A stretch of DNA of 64,000 nt from a virus (taxonomy: Duplodnaviria; Caudoviricetes): IMG/VR virus record IMGVR_UViG_3300022543_000001, positions 26,204-90,203 of that record. One strand, 5' to 3'. How positions within the stretch are numbered: position 1 is the stretch's first letter; each line of letters opens with the position of its first letter. Positions 42,101 through 49,688 of this stretch are shown here, piece after piece. A model generated the notes under the pieces. That model was not told the origin of the DNA. It worked only from the letters and a program-made list of their open reading frames with translations, and did not search any database. The position numbers and the translations under genes were made by a program.

Positions 42101-44694
42101 GCTATACCTATAAATACATCTGCCAATGCTAAACCTGAACTATAGTAATTATTTACAAAACTATTATAAGTACTCACAGCACCACTTATAGTACCTAAAG
42201 CTAGATCTTGTGCAGCAGAGTCTGCAATCCTACCTCCAGCACCAGGTGTACTTGTACCTGAAAGAAATGTTCCTATACCTGATACATCTGCTGCCATATT
42301 AATTGAACCAACTCCACCTGTTCCTCTATACTGTTCTGTATATGATAAGATTGTCGGACTATTCATAGTTCTCTTACCAAGCAAAGCAATAACAGTCTCA
42401 ATAACTCCCCCTACAATCATAGCAGCTACAACAGCATTAGATAGTAGTTTCCATTTTGGATGACCAATAGGTTCTTGGAAAGCCATGTTAGCATAACCAT
42501 TTAATGTCCCATATACTTTAAATTCTGTAGTAGAGAGGTATGGTGTTCTAAACATTGTATCCGGAGAATGGAATGTAAATATGTCTGTAGGTATGTTTTG
42601 ATTAACTACATTTCCATTTACAGGTTCATTCTTAATGTATGGATCATTATAAAGATAATTATGATTTGAGGAATTATTTGTACTACCTATTGGTATAATA
42701 GTATTATAAGGATAGTTAGCATACAATCCTGTTGTGTTTTGTGCTAATGCTCCTCTTGGTTTAAAAGTACGGAAGTTATTCACCATTCCTTTTGCAATGA
42801 TAGTTTTGTTTCCTTCTCTAGAACCTCTTAATATTTCATAACCAGCAATACCAGGAATATCAACCCCGTCTTGATCTTTAGGTAAAGTTATATTCTCAAA
42901 TACAACACCCATTAATCTTATATTATAATTTTGACCAGACGTTGCAATATTTGTATTTGGTCTAAAATGTAATGCATCAGTTGTTGTACTGTTGTTTATA
43001 AAATTTTCAGGAAACTTATGATGTCTAATATGTTGACCACACAAATCAAATGGACCTGATGGTTTATTTGGAGGAACTTGTGCCGATGGACCAGTCCAAC
43101 AGTATTCACTAGAGTTCCATATGTCAGGTCTATTATCAGGATATATCTCTGAAGATTCCCAATAACCCATTTCCCCTATAGCAAGTAATACACCCCCATC
43201 ATCCATTACCCATTGACCAGATGAGTTTAAAGTTGCATTTGGTAATGTTGCAGGATAAGGTAATTGAGTAGCCGTGTTATATACTTCAAATACTTTGTCA
43301 TCCGTTGCTAAAGAATTTGCTACATCAAGATCATCCGTTTCAAATTTAGTTCCTACACCAGGTACATTAAAGTTTCTTGGTGCTCTACCTGGAATATGAT
43401 ATGATGCAGATTTATCACCTGTAGTGTAAACCCATCTGATATAGAAAGTATAAACTTCGTCTCTTAAATAGTTTGTTTTATTACCACCCTTCATGTAGTA
43501 ATCAGCCGGGTATTCAACACTAGCCCATCTTGCACTAATCATATTAGCAAGTGGTTGATAGTTAAAATCAAATTTAGATCTTGGACCTACTTTCAATAAG
43601 TAATTTTGAACATCTGTAATTTGATCTGATGTTTCAAATACAGGTGTTTGAATAGGTAATTGCTCTAATGGAATTTTTATTAAACTAGGATTAATTTGAT
43701 CAATTGCAATTCTACTAGTATTAGTAGAATATATTCCCATCCTACTTGCAACAGTTTGTTGATTGGTAGCTTCTACAATTACTAATTCAAACTCATCAAA
43801 ATTTTCTGAATCTGCACTTACCTCAAGAGTTAATGAACCCTCTAAATCATTTACAGAATATACAAACTGAAAATTACTTTGAGAAAAATAATCCGTTACC
43901 TTTTGTCCTTTAATAGTATAAGCAATCAAGGCAAAGTATGTACCATTGGCCATAGTTCCTCCTTGCTGACCTAATGTTAAATTAAGACAAGGTGTCTCCA
44001 TTAGTCTAGCTAATCTAGTATGAGGACAATCTAAAGTGTTAATAAAAGTTACATAGTCACAATTATTAACTACAGTTACTGTTTCATTCCAAGCTACACC
44101 TGGCCATAAAAAATTTGTATTAACACCATTTGAGTAGTAGTTCATAGATGATGCACCACCACCTAACCAAACATAATCTGATGTAGGCCACGTTTGTGGA
44201 TCACCTACATTAAGAAATCTATCTGGATTAAAACCATCTGCCCAATATACTTGCCATGAACAGTCTTCTCTTTGTCTAGAGGATCCAGATATAAGATATC
44301 TTTTATCAAAATTTAAACAAGAATCCTGTACAATTTCTCTGTACTTACATACATCTTCTTCAAATAACCCTATTTCAGACATTAATCTTTTTCCATTGTT
44401 TCCGTGACCAGCTGTAAAAACTATCCACTTATCTGAATAAAGATATATTGCACCAATTATATATTTATCTGTAACTGTAGCAGGCATTGTTCTACCTGTA
44501 GTACCACAAAGGATATTTGATATTTCATTTGATAATGTACCTATGTCACCTTCAATACTATTATTAACCATGTTAATGGCATGAGTCCACATACCTTCAG
44601 TAACAAATGAAGGGTCAGAATCTTTATTTAACCCTTTTATAAAAGAGTTAGTGGTGATCTTACTAGTATCCTGTAAACCTTGATTTTTTGCCAT
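39154..44694 (-). CDS. Muzzle / tail stabilization protein (crAss-like), 1846 aa
   Basis: Size, position after the ring genes, beta-propeller-like N-terminus, and KGLNKDSD, YLRDEVYTFYIRW, WTISYDPK and C-terminal KKFRH motifs typical of crAss-like/P22 gp10-like tail stabilization proteins. Confidence 0.8.
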   Translation of the reverse strand: MAKNQGLQDTSKITTNSFIKGLNKDSDPSFVTEGMWTHAINMVNNSIEGDIGTLSNEISNILCGTTGRTMPATVTDKYIIGAIYLYSDKWIVFTAGHGNNGKRLMSEIGLFEEDVCKYREIVQDSCLNFDKRYLISGSSRQREDCSWQVYWADGFNPDRFLNVGDPQTWPTSDYVWLGGGASSMNYYSNGVNTNFLWPGVAWNETVTVVNNCDYVTFINTLDCPHTRLARLMETPCLNLTLGQQGGTMANGTYFALIAYTIKGQKVTDYFSQSNFQFVYSVNDLEGSLTLEVSADSENFDEFELVIVEATNQQTVASRMGIYSTNTSRIAIDQINPSLIKIPLEQLPIQTPVFETSDQITDVQNYLLKVGPRSKFDFNYQPLANMISARWASVEYPADYYMKGGNKTNYLRDEVYTFYIRWVYTTGDKSASYHIPGRAPRNFNVPGVGTKFETDDLDVANSLATDDKVFEVYNTATQLPYPATLPNATLNSSGQWVMDDGGVLLAIGEMGYWESSEIYPDNRPDIWNSSEYCWTGPSAQVPPNKPSGPFDLCGQHIRHHKFPENFINNSTTTDALHFRPNTNIATSGQNYNIRLMGVVFENITLPKDQDGVDIPGIAGYEILRGSREGNKTIIAKGMVNNFRTFKPRGALAQNTTGLYANYPYNTIIPIGSTNNSSNHNYLYNDPYIKNEPVNGNVVNQNIPTDIFTFHSPDTMFRTPYLSTTEFKVYGTLNGYANMAFQEPIGHPKWKLLSNAVVAAMIVGGVIETVIALLGKRTMNSPTILSYTEQYRGTGGVGSINMAADVSGIGTFLSGTSTPGAGGRIADSAAQDLALGTISGAVSTYNSFVNNYYSSGLALADVFIGIAAGYDNTAAANAESLFVSTVNGAANNAGVSPMAVSGSLELPKFAYLDPASRILGALNAISFYFAEGADLVLRTFYAFVQYEQYALQQVSHGFYGNMTSLPTTALSRFRIEDSFYIRDNVQEVPKYQTNTGTFISYNINNLKRSDAVVVRTKSGPYFNGVYPNGVTIGPNLITSGITDKSLVTLGTIVQNSTNSAFINNNLPNFEEDSKTKPFSLPIASHYGGLKGRVRNQYGQIGSENEITITPCEQKLKNYTIAQPSWTCPIDNVFYNFKVISRTPILFGGDTYINRYTEKNNMMFFYDWLYGQPDGFEYNYYLHSMIPLTRFKVNSIRYDVGFLSEVFNFSSPATPGTGAYPGSFYNLDYYVNATRRYNYATDVSEPSGLLGDRYRGLWSVKEAYFYLANSGIRDFFVESEVIVDFRKQSPIEGGKHYDPYRYTDYRAMFNMNPNVMGMLSEYIYDYSLSVSKLYNQYFSAGSVQSRYYDPNVAKLCYTYYPDRIIYSLPQQMEAIKDSWFVYLVNNYKEFTGQISGVKSVNKSGIFITFKNESPLMFQGTDTLETDLGTKLTIGDGLLFSQPQQSVTNADNAYEYGSSQNRLSVISTPVGLFYMSQNQGRIFSYGQGLQEISQSGMKWWFVLYMPYKLTDDFPDYPWQDNPVAGIGCQSTYDSSSTILYFTKKDYQLKPQFKGRVEYRDLNPDGTGDDFIVDGQQNLRFNLGDPYLFDDASWTISYDPKNQFFISFHEWHPDLMIPTKDIFISSKKNTLWKHNYICDGYCNYYGTQYGYEIEFPVVTGQSVMTTRSIEYILEAYRRRGDSCVDQHHVLDYNFDRAVVYNTEQVSGYLNLNIYPKNNVNESLQYPKLNANLSSYDILFSKEENKYRFNQFWDVTKQRAEFPIGSNYPPTGPVVPGTTVLQGSYSSENTWITGPDGFTRILNPNNLDYSKPQMQRKKFRHYLNFINLKKHQGDDVNIIFKMSNSKNQFSPR

Positions 44695-44696
44695 AA

Positions 44697-45734
44697 CTAA
44701 AGAACTCTATTATTCACATTTCTATATGGACCATTTGGTGAATGACTCATAAACATATAGTAATACTTACCATACATTGCTTTTCTATTAGTCCACCACA
44801 TTTGTTCCATCTCTTTAAAGTTTGGAGTGTTAACAAGACTAAGTGCATTATTTCTTGCAGGTTTTAATCTTGATTCAACAAGTTGTAATCTTTGAGATAC
44901 ATCTTCTCCATTTAAAAATAAATTCTCAAGTATTCTAGACTTTAATGCATACTCATAGTATTCATTAAGTAAGTCATGATCAGGAACCATTAAGTTACCA
45001 TTGTCATCAGTAAGATCTCCTTGATAATTTAAATATACTTTACCTGATTCAAAAGTTGTATTTAAAAATCCATATTTAATCCAGCCTTCGTTGGGTGTGT
45101 TGAAATACAAATTAGGACAATCACAGTGAATCTCCTGACTTGTTTTCATTCTCAATGGTGTTAAAGCTGTGTACTGTCTTGTTGTACTTGCATTAACAAC
45201 TTGGATAAGTTCCCATTGCTCTCCCTTACAATTCATAAATACTCTTGGAGCAACACATGTATTACCGTAAGGATTTAATGGATCATACTCTGTAGGTATT
45301 GGATCTACTATAGGGTGGTTGAGGTCACATGCAGCTGTGTGATTACATGGGTTTGAATTACATGTTCTACAGTTTACAGTTTCAGGAGCACATACATCTA
45401 CATGTCCAGGTACTTCTTGATAACGTACTTCTTGCATGTTAGTACCACCGGCCATACCATCATACCCAACAACCTCCTTAAAGTTTCCACATATCATAGC
45501 AAAGTTAAAAGTGTAAAAATCATCAGGCAGTTTTACCTTATGATGACATACATCTAGAATAACTTCTTTAGTCTGATTAATTCTAAGACCTAAATCATAA
45601 TTAAGTTTTTTAGCTAACTTAATAAGTTGCTGTGGCTCAATCATATTCTCAAGAGCAAATGTATTTAAGTCAATAGTAACATCTTCCAGTAACTGGTCAA
45701 ATGTTCTATATTTGAGTGTGTAGTTAAAGTCCAT
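44697..45734 (-). CDS. Tail ring / tubular (adaptor) protein with Cys-rich insertion
   Basis: Immediately upstream of the muzzle gene; GKVYLNYQG...LMVPD...YYEYALK signature of crAss-like ring proteins. Confidence 0.65.
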   Translation of the reverse strand: MDFNYTLKYRTFDQLLEDVTIDLNTFALENMIEPQQLIKLAKKLNYDLGLRINQTKEVILDVCHHKVKLPDDFYTFNFAMICGNFKEVVGYDGMAGGTNMQEVRYQEVPGHVDVCAPETVNCRTCNSNPCNHTAACDLNHPIVDPIPTEYDPLNPYGNTCVAPRVFMNCKGEQWELIQVVNASTTRQYTALTPLRMKTSQEIHCDCPNLYFNTPNEGWIKYGFLNTTFESGKVYLNYQGDLTDDNGNLMVPDHDLLNEYYEYALKSRILENLFLNGEDVSQRLQLVESRLKPARNNALSLVNTPNFKEMEQMWWTNRKAMYGKYYYMFMSHSPNGPYRNVNNRVL

Positions 45735-46396
45735 TATCTTAATGCGTTTTGACTATCATCCGGACCATCTGTTGGAACTTGTATAGCCATAGTTAATTCT
45801 TTTACAACAAATTGCTCTATCTCAGAAAATAAGTATTCAGGAAAAGGTAATGGATTGTCTTGTCTGATTAAACAAGCATCACTTTCACATGTATCAACAG
45901 CTCCTTCAAAAATAGCTTCCATTCTAATAGCATCCCAATCTACATTAGGACAATAGATATAGCCATTAAGATACCAGAAGTATTGTTTTCTATTATACTT
46001 AAATGTTGTTGATTTTGTAATTGATACCCATGTACCAGGATCTGTACGGAACATCTCTATAGACCCATCTATAGAAGATACTGTACGTATAATAGGACCC
46101 ATTGCACCATCAAAAATTGTAGGAAGCTTATCTTTAGATCTTTTAAAGTAACACTCAGAATATACACCAATACATCCTGCTTCTACTTTATCTACATCAA
46201 TTAACTCAATATAGGGAAGTACATTAAAGATAGAACTAATTTTCATTAATCTAAATTGATTATCCTCTCTCTTCAAAAGAGTTTGTCCATATTTTATAAT
46301 GGAATAATAAATTGTTCTATCAGTAAGAAATGCATCTTCCTTTACGGCTTTCAATGTATTTCTTACTCTTGATATAGCTTCTCCAATTGTTGTCAT
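45734..46396 (-). CDS. Tail ring protein
   Basis: Helical N-terminus, beta-rich core (KYNRKQYFWYLNGYIY), position between the IHF-like gene and ring/muzzle genes. Confidence 0.6.
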   Translation of the reverse strand: MTTIGEAISRVRNTLKAVKEDAFLTDRTIYYSIIKYGQTLLKREDNQFRLMKISSIFNVLPYIELIDVDKVEAGCIGVYSECYFKRSKDKLPTIFDGAMGPIIRTVSSIDGSIEMFRTDPGTWVSITKSTTFKYNRKQYFWYLNGYIYCPNVDWDAIRMEAIFEGAVDTCESDACLIRQDNPLPFPEYLFSEIEQFVVKELTMAIQVPTDGPDDSQNALR

Positions 46397-46974
46397 ATCT
46401 CAAATTCATTATAATTTTCTAAAGCTTTTTTATTTACTTTATTTAAATGATCTCTATAAATTACACTATTATAAACTTTATCTATTTTTGCTTTAGGTAA
46501 AACTTGTAAATACATATTCCAGTTTTCAGGATATGCTTTAGCTACAGCTCTTTTGAATTCTCTACATGCAGTAAAACTCCAAAATTCTCTATTCTTCATT
46601 TTGTGTTTAGGTGCATAGTTTGTAAAAAAGATTTTAGCTAGTTTACCATCTGTGTCCCAGTTTTTATTACTTACTTGTACTCCATATTTATTTGATTTAG
46701 CAAAATCAATATTATCTTTTTTACTTCTCTGACAAGTACCAATAAATAACCAACCTATCTGTTCAGGTAATTGGACACCATCCCTTGTATCAATCACTGT
46801 TTGATATAATACTTGGTTAAATCTTTTGATGATTTTTCTAAGTATTTTATTATCCAGATCCTTATATTTAGGAAATGTTTTTTTAAAGTTATCAAAGAAC
46901 TCTTTGTTCAAAATAGTGTATACTTCAGGTCTATACCTAGAAGCATTTAAGTCAGGCTTGTTAAATTCCCTCAT
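46393..46974 (-). CDS. IHF/HU-like DNA-binding protein
   Basis: Basic helical N-terminus followed by DGVQLPEQIGWLFIG, resembling the HU/IHF beta-arm signature; IHF-like genes are conserved in crAss-like tail modules. Confidence 0.6.
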   Translation of the reverse strand: MREFNKPDLNASRYRPEVYTILNKEFFDNFKKTFPKYKDLDNKILRKIIKRFNQVLYQTVIDTRDGVQLPEQIGWLFIGTCQRSKKDNIDFAKSNKYGVQVSNKNWDTDGKLAKIFFTNYAPKHKMKNREFWSFTACREFKRAVAKAYPENWNMYLQVLPKAKIDKVYNSVIYRDHLNKVNKKALENYNEFEI

Positions 46975-46977
46975 AAT

Positions 46978-46988
46978 AATATACTAAA
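46978..46988 (-). promoter_or_regulatory. Recurrent intergenic motif TTTAGTATATT
   Basis: Directly upstream of the IHF-like gene, after a terminator. Confidence 0.45.
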
Positions 46989-47014
46989 AATAATTGACAT
47001 TAGCAAATGTAACT

Positions 47015-47047
47015 AAAAAACAAAGCCCCTGCAAGTGCAAGGGCTCT
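47015..47047 (-). terminator. Rho-independent terminator
   Basis: Minus strand AGCCCTTGCACTTGCAGGGGCT hairpin followed by TTGTTTTTT, downstream of the 290-aa gene. Confidence 0.75.
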
Positions 47048-47097
47048 GCCGTTGTTGTCACAGAAACCAACAAACTGTAACTTCTTATAAAACTTTA

Positions 47098-47946
47098 TTA
47101 ACCTACTCTTCTGATAGCCCAATCAATATTATCACCAGCTTCACTTACATAGTTTATACCAGTCATGTTTTGATGTCTTAATACTATCTCTGTACCTGCA
47201 GTTAATGTTATACCTTGAATTCCACCTGTTAAATAAATACGTGTAGCGTATACACCTTTTATTACAAAAAAAGTATCAGCACAATATACAGTGCCACCTG
47301 ATACTCCTGGATTAGTAACAGCAATTGAATATGCTGCTCCTGTAGTTGTAGGAGTGTTGCCCCAACCAAATCCAGTTTGATCTGGACAAGTTAAGTATAC
47401 ATTATAGTTAATGTCATACTTACCAGTTTGAGGACAAGTCCAAATACCAGTAGTAGTATTATATTGTGATGTTGTTACACCATCAACAATTTGATAGTTT
47501 ATATCACCAACAGGCATTATAATAACAACTCCATTTGCTATATTACTATTAGCAAGACTTGCTGTAACTGTATTTACATTTATTGTAGGATTAAGAGCTC
47601 CTCTAAAACCTGTATCAAATAATCCTTGATTAGCTTGAAGAGTTGTAATATTTCCTTCAATAGTAGTTATGTCTCCTTCAATAGCAGTTATACTATCATT
47701 AATATTTGCAACCTCACCACAGAAATAATCTACAACATTTGTAATTGCAGCCTCCATGTTTGTATCTGTAGGAACCACTAAATCATCCCCACATAAAATA
47801 TCACCTCCGGTATACATGATACATTGAGCATACTGAATCTCAGCACACTCTTCAAAAGGACATCCTATTGCTGTAGGACATGGAGGAGGGGTAGTTAAGT
47901 AACTATCCTCACATCCACACTTTGCACATTTATTTTGTAAACTCAT
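47098..47946 (-). CDS. Tail fibre/spike with Cys-rich N-terminus, short coiled coil and C1q-like C-terminal head
   Basis: Likely start MSLQNKC at 47946 (track start 47970 overlaps the previous gene). Heptads ITAIEGDITTIEGNITTLQ; TTGIWTCPQTGKYDINYNV resembles the C1q G-x-F-T-C-P-x-x-G-x-Y motif. Confidence 0.6.
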   Translation of the reverse strand: MSLQNKCAKCGCEDSYLTTPPPCPTAIGCPFEECAEIQYAQCIMYTGGDILCGDDLVVPTDTNMEAAITNVVDYFCGEVANINDSITAIEGDITTIEGNITTLQANQGLFDTGFRGALNPTINVNTVTASLANSNIANGVVIIMPVGDINYQIVDGVTTSQYNTTTGIWTCPQTGKYDINYNVYLTCPDQTGFGWGNTPTTTGAAYSIAVTNPGVSGGTVYCADTFFVIKGVYATRIYLTGGIQGITLTAGTEIVLRHQNMTGINYVSEAGDNIDWAIRRVG

Positions 47947-47956
47947 CTTTATAATT

Positions 47957-49654
47957 TTATGTAGTTGCACAGCCTGTGCACGGTGACGTTGGTGTAGGAA
48001 TTAAAGTTCCACATGGAGAAATAAATGCTGTTAAACCATCAAGGGCTGTTCTAAAACCTCCAATTTCATCTTCATCATTTGCATCACAACTGAATGGATA
48101 CACCCGTGTATCAAAATCAATGTCAACACTTTGAACACCAGAACTAGGATCACTATATACTGTTGTACCAGCTGCAGCAAATTGAGGAACTTTTTCATTA
48201 GCAACAACATGTGAAACCAAATAGTTTAAATGAGAAGAACTAAAAGCATCTCCAGTTTCAGAAACAGATGCTTCTTCAGCATCTTTTACTAAACTACATC
48301 TTAAAATACCTGCTGAATCAATAGTAATTGCAAATAATGTAGATAATATTGAACTTGCATTTCCAATATCAATTGGTCTTGTTGCTATCTTTAATCCTGA
48401 AGGATGTATGTAAGAACCATCAAGTGCATAACCTGTTGGAATTACACTTGCTGGTAAAACAGATAAATTTGTATTTGAACTAGCATTCCAGTTAAATGCA
48501 ATACTTCCTGCAGGATTTACTTTAACACCACCTGTACCTTGAAAAGGTACAACAGTATTTACTCCATAATAACTATTTGAACCAGGGCTTTGAGTCCACG
48601 CTAATGGACCACCACCTCCTGCAACTAAAGGAACCATGATATCACCTTTAAAGAAAAGCTGATTACCTATTCTTCTTACTTGTGGGTATATATAACTATT
48701 ACCTGTACCCATAAATGTATCAAATCCTTCTAAACATTTCCAACCTGTATCTTGTACAGCAGCAGATAATACACCTGATGTATAAGTAAGATTTACAGTA
48801 GTAGTATCTTCTACTGTTAATGTACTATTTGATAAATAGTCATACATGTCACATATTACTATCCAAAGATTAGTAATAGCATCGGCTACTGTTGTAGGAG
48901 TAGATACCCATGTACCTGAATATTCAGTTCCAAATGGAGTCGGTGCATTACTTAAAGTAGGTGACGAAGAAGTTATACATTGAGATGATACTGCAGAAAA
49001 TAAATCTGCTCCTATTCCTGTTGCATCTATTAATGAACAATATCCATTTGTAGGATCATTTATCAATGCATTTAATACTGTGTCAATTGGATATGCTGAA
49101 CCACCAAGAACAGTCGGTGACAATGTACAGTTTACAATAATGCTTGGTAATGTAAATACAGCCGTTGGAGTATTCTCTAATACAGTAACTCTAGCATCAA
49201 TATTATTGATTTGTAATTGTAAACCTGTAATATCAGTAATTAACTCACAAACTCTTTCTCCAATCATTTGAACATAGTCAGTTAATTGCATAGTAGTTTG
49301 TGAACCAATAACAAAACATGGTGCAATAGATACTACACAATCCGGACATGTTGATGTGCTTGGATTTGTATTAGGAGTAACTCCTTCTAATGCACAAATG
49401 TGATTAATCAAGAATTGAATCAATGCTTGAAAATCTACTGGAGGACATGCACTTGAATTAAAACATGTTAGATCATAATTATTTACATTAAGTTGATCTA
49501 AGATAGTACATAATTCTGCAGCCAATTTAGCAACAACATCAGATACTGTATCTCCCTTACATAATTTAATACAAGCCAAGTCTGGTCCTTGCCAAATAAC
49601 ACAATTACTTGACGTTGGACTACATGGTGAGTTATCTAAATTTAACGGCTTCAT
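47957..49654 (-). CDS. Cys-rich fibre-like structural protein
   Basis: Likely start MKPLNLDNSPC at 49654, just downstream of an intergenic motif (track start 49762 lies inside the upstream gene). CSPTSSNCVIWQGPDLAC motif, coiled coil, beta-rich C-terminus. Confidence 0.6.
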   Translation of the reverse strand: MKPLNLDNSPCSPTSSNCVIWQGPDLACIKLCKGDTVSDVVAKLAAELCTILDQLNVNNYDLTCFNSSACPPVDFQALIQFLINHICALEGVTPNTNPSTSTCPDCVVSIAPCFVIGSQTTMQLTDYVQMIGERVCELITDITGLQLQINNIDARVTVLENTPTAVFTLPSIIVNCTLSPTVLGGSAYPIDTVLNALINDPTNGYCSLIDATGIGADLFSAVSSQCITSSSPTLSNAPTPFGTEYSGTWVSTPTTVADAITNLWIVICDMYDYLSNSTLTVEDTTTVNLTYTSGVLSAAVQDTGWKCLEGFDTFMGTGNSYIYPQVRRIGNQLFFKGDIMVPLVAGGGGPLAWTQSPGSNSYYGVNTVVPFQGTGGVKVNPAGSIAFNWNASSNTNLSVLPASVIPTGYALDGSYIHPSGLKIATRPIDIGNASSILSTLFAITIDSAGILRCSLVKDAEEASVSETGDAFSSSHLNYLVSHVVANEKVPQFAAAGTTVYSDPSSGVQSVDIDFDTRVYPFSCDANDEDEIGGFRTALDGLTAFISPCGTLIPTPTSPCTGCATT

Positions 49655-49672
49655 ACTTTTTTCTATTAATAT

Positions 49673-49682
49673 AATATACAAA
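49673..49682 (-). promoter_or_regulatory. Recurrent intergenic motif TTTGTATATT
   Basis: About 19 nt upstream of the proposed ATG at 49654. Confidence 0.5.
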
Positions 49683-49688
49683 TTATAA

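Noticed and set aside
47050-47080. GTTGTTGTCACAGAAACCAAC, superficially like a Bacteroidota CRISPR repeat
   Set aside because: Single copy with no spacer-repeat periodicity; lies next to a terminator.
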